64,000 nt of DNA from a bacterium. Lineage in GTDB: Bacteria; Bacteroidota; Ignavibacteria; UBA10030. Positions 62,301 through 64,000 of the stretch are shown here, one piece after another. The notes under the pieces are model-generated. The model searched no databases, had not been told where the DNA came from, and saw only the letters and a list, made by a program, of their open reading frames with translations. The stretch covers positions 1-64,000 of the forward strand of contig JAZDJN010000064.1 of assembly GCA_043803945.1 (NCBI GenBank). Reading direction: 5' to 3'. Every line of letters begins with the position of its first letter. Positions within the stretch are counted from its first letter, which is position 1. Both the position numbers and the translations under genes were made by a program.

Positions 62301-62750
62301 GCAAGCGATGCAGCGCGCCTTGCCCTTGAACAGGAGGCAATCCGCAAATCCCTTGAGCAGCTAAACCGGGAAGCTCAGGCAAGCGGCGACCAGCAAAAGC
62401 TGCTCGGCGACCTCGATCGCATTGGAGATGAGATGCAGGAAGTGATCCGGAATCTTGAGCAAAACGATGTGAATCCGGAAACCATACGCAGGCAGGATCG
62501 CATCCTTTCCCGATTGCTCGATGCTTCCAAATCGATGCGTGAGCGCGATTACGAAAAGCGCCGGAAAGCGACTACAGGAACGGATATTACCCGGCGAAGC
62601 CCGAACGAACTCGATCCTACAATAATTGAAGGACGAAGCCGTTTGCTGGAAGATCTGCAGAAAGCCCTCGAACAGGGGTACACAAAGGACTATCAGGAGC
62701 TGATACGGAAATATTTCGATGCATTGCAAAAAGCAGAAGGAAAACGGTAG
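59373..62750 (+). CDS. DUF4175-like membrane-anchored coiled-coil protein
   Basis: TM helices, Ig-like region with DDFGL and VFDND..GPK, Gln-rich coiled coil, terminal YQELIRKYF. Confidence 0.8.
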   Translation: MTFSSTILQDILKRLQQVRSLQYRVELQAGIFLFGILTLLIFYLCLLAELAFQLSSPLRTFLFYSFFLLVGIGLIRFILMPILRWSCILKSLDDFDLAQHVGASFPTIRDRLFNLLQLHREVTSGNTLYSPELVDASFQDLAENVSTIDFTASVDTTPVTKALKLFAFCLFGAFVIVITAPSVWSAALYRIWNYTEEFAVPAEYSFELTPGNKEIVKGQSVELTARVFDTFGSRVAGQPLTLFWKVEGQETYDQLLLQPDSTGMVKTTMHNIRATTSYFAQLRTTQSARCTLTVIDRPLIRSFQVRLEYPSYAKLPPRVQEEFVGDITALAGTQATIMGTASKDILSGRIVLGTLKPVPLSVQAQRFSITVPIDSDAAYHLELIDHEHLTNADPIQYSIKVLPDELPIVSIIQPGRNLDIAGDQFLRLIIQAKDDFGLSSMRLGHRLIQSRYEKPAQSFTYTPIPLPSSSGAQIELPFTWDLSKMSLVPEDAVEYFVEVFDNDNVRGPKSSRSSIYLIRLPSLEEVFKESDKAHEQSLDDLKQTLEAAKQLKEKVESISLDMKRNKEMGWQQQKKVEEMSKQYQEIQKELNNVNKRLDDMVQSLDRQNVLSKETLEKYLELDQLLSQMNSAELQQVLKQMQQSMQNVNRDQLRQELQKMSFSEEQFRSNIERTIELLKRIQIEQKFDEVRKRTEEIAAAQRELNEKTADTTGSKEAMNDLARRQSDLAAKQQRLQEESVDLQKKMEEFFTEMPSDRLDLLNQQIQGQNLPGKMQQTGQMMMQGKSQQAQKSQKIIEESLGQIAKEFSDMQQQMLQQQQQYIMNEFRRLVNNILDLSKKEEELKTQSQNAPANSPQFRQNAQDQVQIMRDMENIVNSLGDAARRSFAVTPDIGRSIGEAYNAMRSALEALETRNSFYASQQQVSAMAALNKAASQIQKAMQSAMQGGGGTMGGLMGQLLGLAGRQEMVNEQTQSMQAASDAARLALEQEAIRKSLEQLNREAQASGDQQKLLGDLDRIGDEMQEVIRNLEQNDVNPETIRRQDRILSRLLDASKSMRERDYEKRRKATTGTDITRRSPNELDPTIIEGRSRLLEDLQKALEQGYTKDYQELIRKYFDALQKAEGKR

Positions 62751-62934
62751 AAAGACTGCTATCTGTAGCCTGCTCTCTTTGTGGTGTTAACTCTTCTTGT
62801 CGGACTTATTACTGATGTGCCTGGCATGCCTCCTACGCTTTTCCGCGATAATTTCCTCGATGGATTACTGATGGGATTAGGGATAGGTCTCGGTGTGGAG
62901 GTTGCTGAATCCATTATTCACCATTCGCCATTCT

Positions 62935-63492
62935 CTACATTTTCCACTCGAACCGGAACCGGCAGCATGATCCGCCGGTGGCACGGCATTCTTCCTCGAC
63001 GATCTTCACTTCTTTCACTCCGCACATCTTCAACGCAACACGATACCAGCCGATAACGGTAAGGCAATCGGCAACCGAGAAAGTCTCTGCATCATAGGTT
63101 GTCATCACGCCGGATGTTGGCCCGGTTTCCTTGTATTCTCTTCTCCCAATATTATAATAGAACTTATAGATCATATCAGCTTTTTTCATGAACGCCTGCG
63201 GATTGCCGACACTTAGAAATGATTTATGTTCCATGCTCAGGCTCCGCTGAGCCGACTTGGCACCGAGGTCCTCAAAAAAACTTTTCTTACCTCCCCCAAG
63301 AACATCGACTATGGCTTTATCCAAACGGTCTCCTATTTCAAAAAGATACCATTGCGAGGAAAGCAGTACCCCTTTGAGTACTTCCTGATCTTTCGCCGGC
63401 ATTGCGCTTACGACCTTTTCCCAACCGGCATCACCAAAATTTGACCTTACAAAATCTTTTCGTGCATTGAGGATGTGACCTTTAATTTTCAT
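62935..63492 (-). CDS. TIGR02265-like / V4R-HNOX-fold protein
   Basis: KIKG, SSQWY, IGWY, terminal CRATGGSCCRFRFEW. Confidence 0.6.
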   Translation of the reverse strand: MKIKGHILNARKDFVRSNFGDAGWEKVVSAMPAKDQEVLKGVLLSSQWYLFEIGDRLDKAIVDVLGGGKKSFFEDLGAKSAQRSLSMEHKSFLSVGNPQAFMKKADMIYKFYYNIGRREYKETGPTSGVMTTYDAETFSVADCLTVIGWYRVALKMCGVKEVKIVEEECRATGGSCCRFRFEWKM

Positions 63493-63616
63493 GGAACTAC
63501 CTTTTGCAAAGAATGAGAATTGGTGTATGATGGAATATATTCTGATGGCCGCAAAGTACATGATTGTTGAATGACGAGCAAGAGAGAAAAAAACTTTGAT
63601 CTGTAAAAAATCAGGA

Positions 63617-64000
63617 TTAGAAATTTAAGGTAAAAACCGTTCGAACGTCGAGTTCAGAATGAGCGTGAATCGCCCCGCGATGCTGGCGCATGATCTGCCT
63701 TGAGAGACTTAGGCCGATTCCACTACCCGTTGGTTTGGTTGAGAAGAAGGGGACAAATATCTTTTCCAGGTTCTCTTGCGGAATGCCTGGACCGTTATCA
63801 ATTACTTGTATCACAACACGGCCGCGGTCGTTCAGTGAAGCATTTAACTGGATGGAAGCCGAGGGTTGCAACTCGACCGCCTGCAGTGCGTTGAGCAGGA
63901 GGTTAATGAGCACCTGTTCAATCAGTTCCGGATCGGCATATAATTCCATGGTGTCGAGTTCGAGTGAAGCAGAAAAGGAAATGTTCCGAGCGGCAATGTT
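63617..64000 (-). CDS. Sensor histidine kinase, C-terminal HATPase (partial; runs off the window)
   Basis: QVLINLLLNA, DNGPGI, FVPFFSTK, GSGIGLSLSRQI. Confidence 0.9.
   Translation of the reverse strand, partial: NIAARNISFSASLELDTMELYADPELIEQVLINLLLNALQAVELQPSASIQLNASLNDRGRVVIQVIDNGPGIPQENLEKIFVPFFSTKPTGSGIGLSLSRQIMRQHRGAIHAHSELDVRTVFTLNF

Overview
This is a bacterial chromosomal window. The T9SS-type C-terminal domain on the S8 protease and the gene content suggest an Ignavibacteria/Chlorobi/Bacteroidota-group organism (inference). Most of it is ordinary: SDR, DSD1-like PLP enzyme, pdxJ, M14 peptidase, ECF sigma/anti-sigma, S8 protease, ADH, MFS, amidase, Ada-like protein, thioredoxin-TPR, AddAB-like helicase/nuclease, a CusCBA-type efflux operon, nfo, PLD, serine hydrolase, DUF4159/DUF4175. 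Two things stand out. (1) The first ~5 kb is an eroded accessory/defence island. It holds a DGR remnant (a DUF4062-FGE/C-lectin target gene with an adenine-mutagenised-looking VR, a truncated avd, and no TR or DGR RT in the window). It also holds a separate non-DGR reverse transcriptase with a C-terminal helical-repeat domain, an in-frame TAG at codon 47 and a structured downstream region, plus degenerate attC-like motifs between small genes. (2) The intergenic spaces hold REP-like repeats that have themselves been invaded, without target duplication, by tiny 17-38 nt 'tag + hairpin' elements (CCTG-tagged, TCGAWAGAC-tagged and others). One is nested, and one position in a host repeat is hit repeatedly. 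No rRNA, tRNA or CRISPR array was recognised. All family calls come from motif recognition, not database searches.
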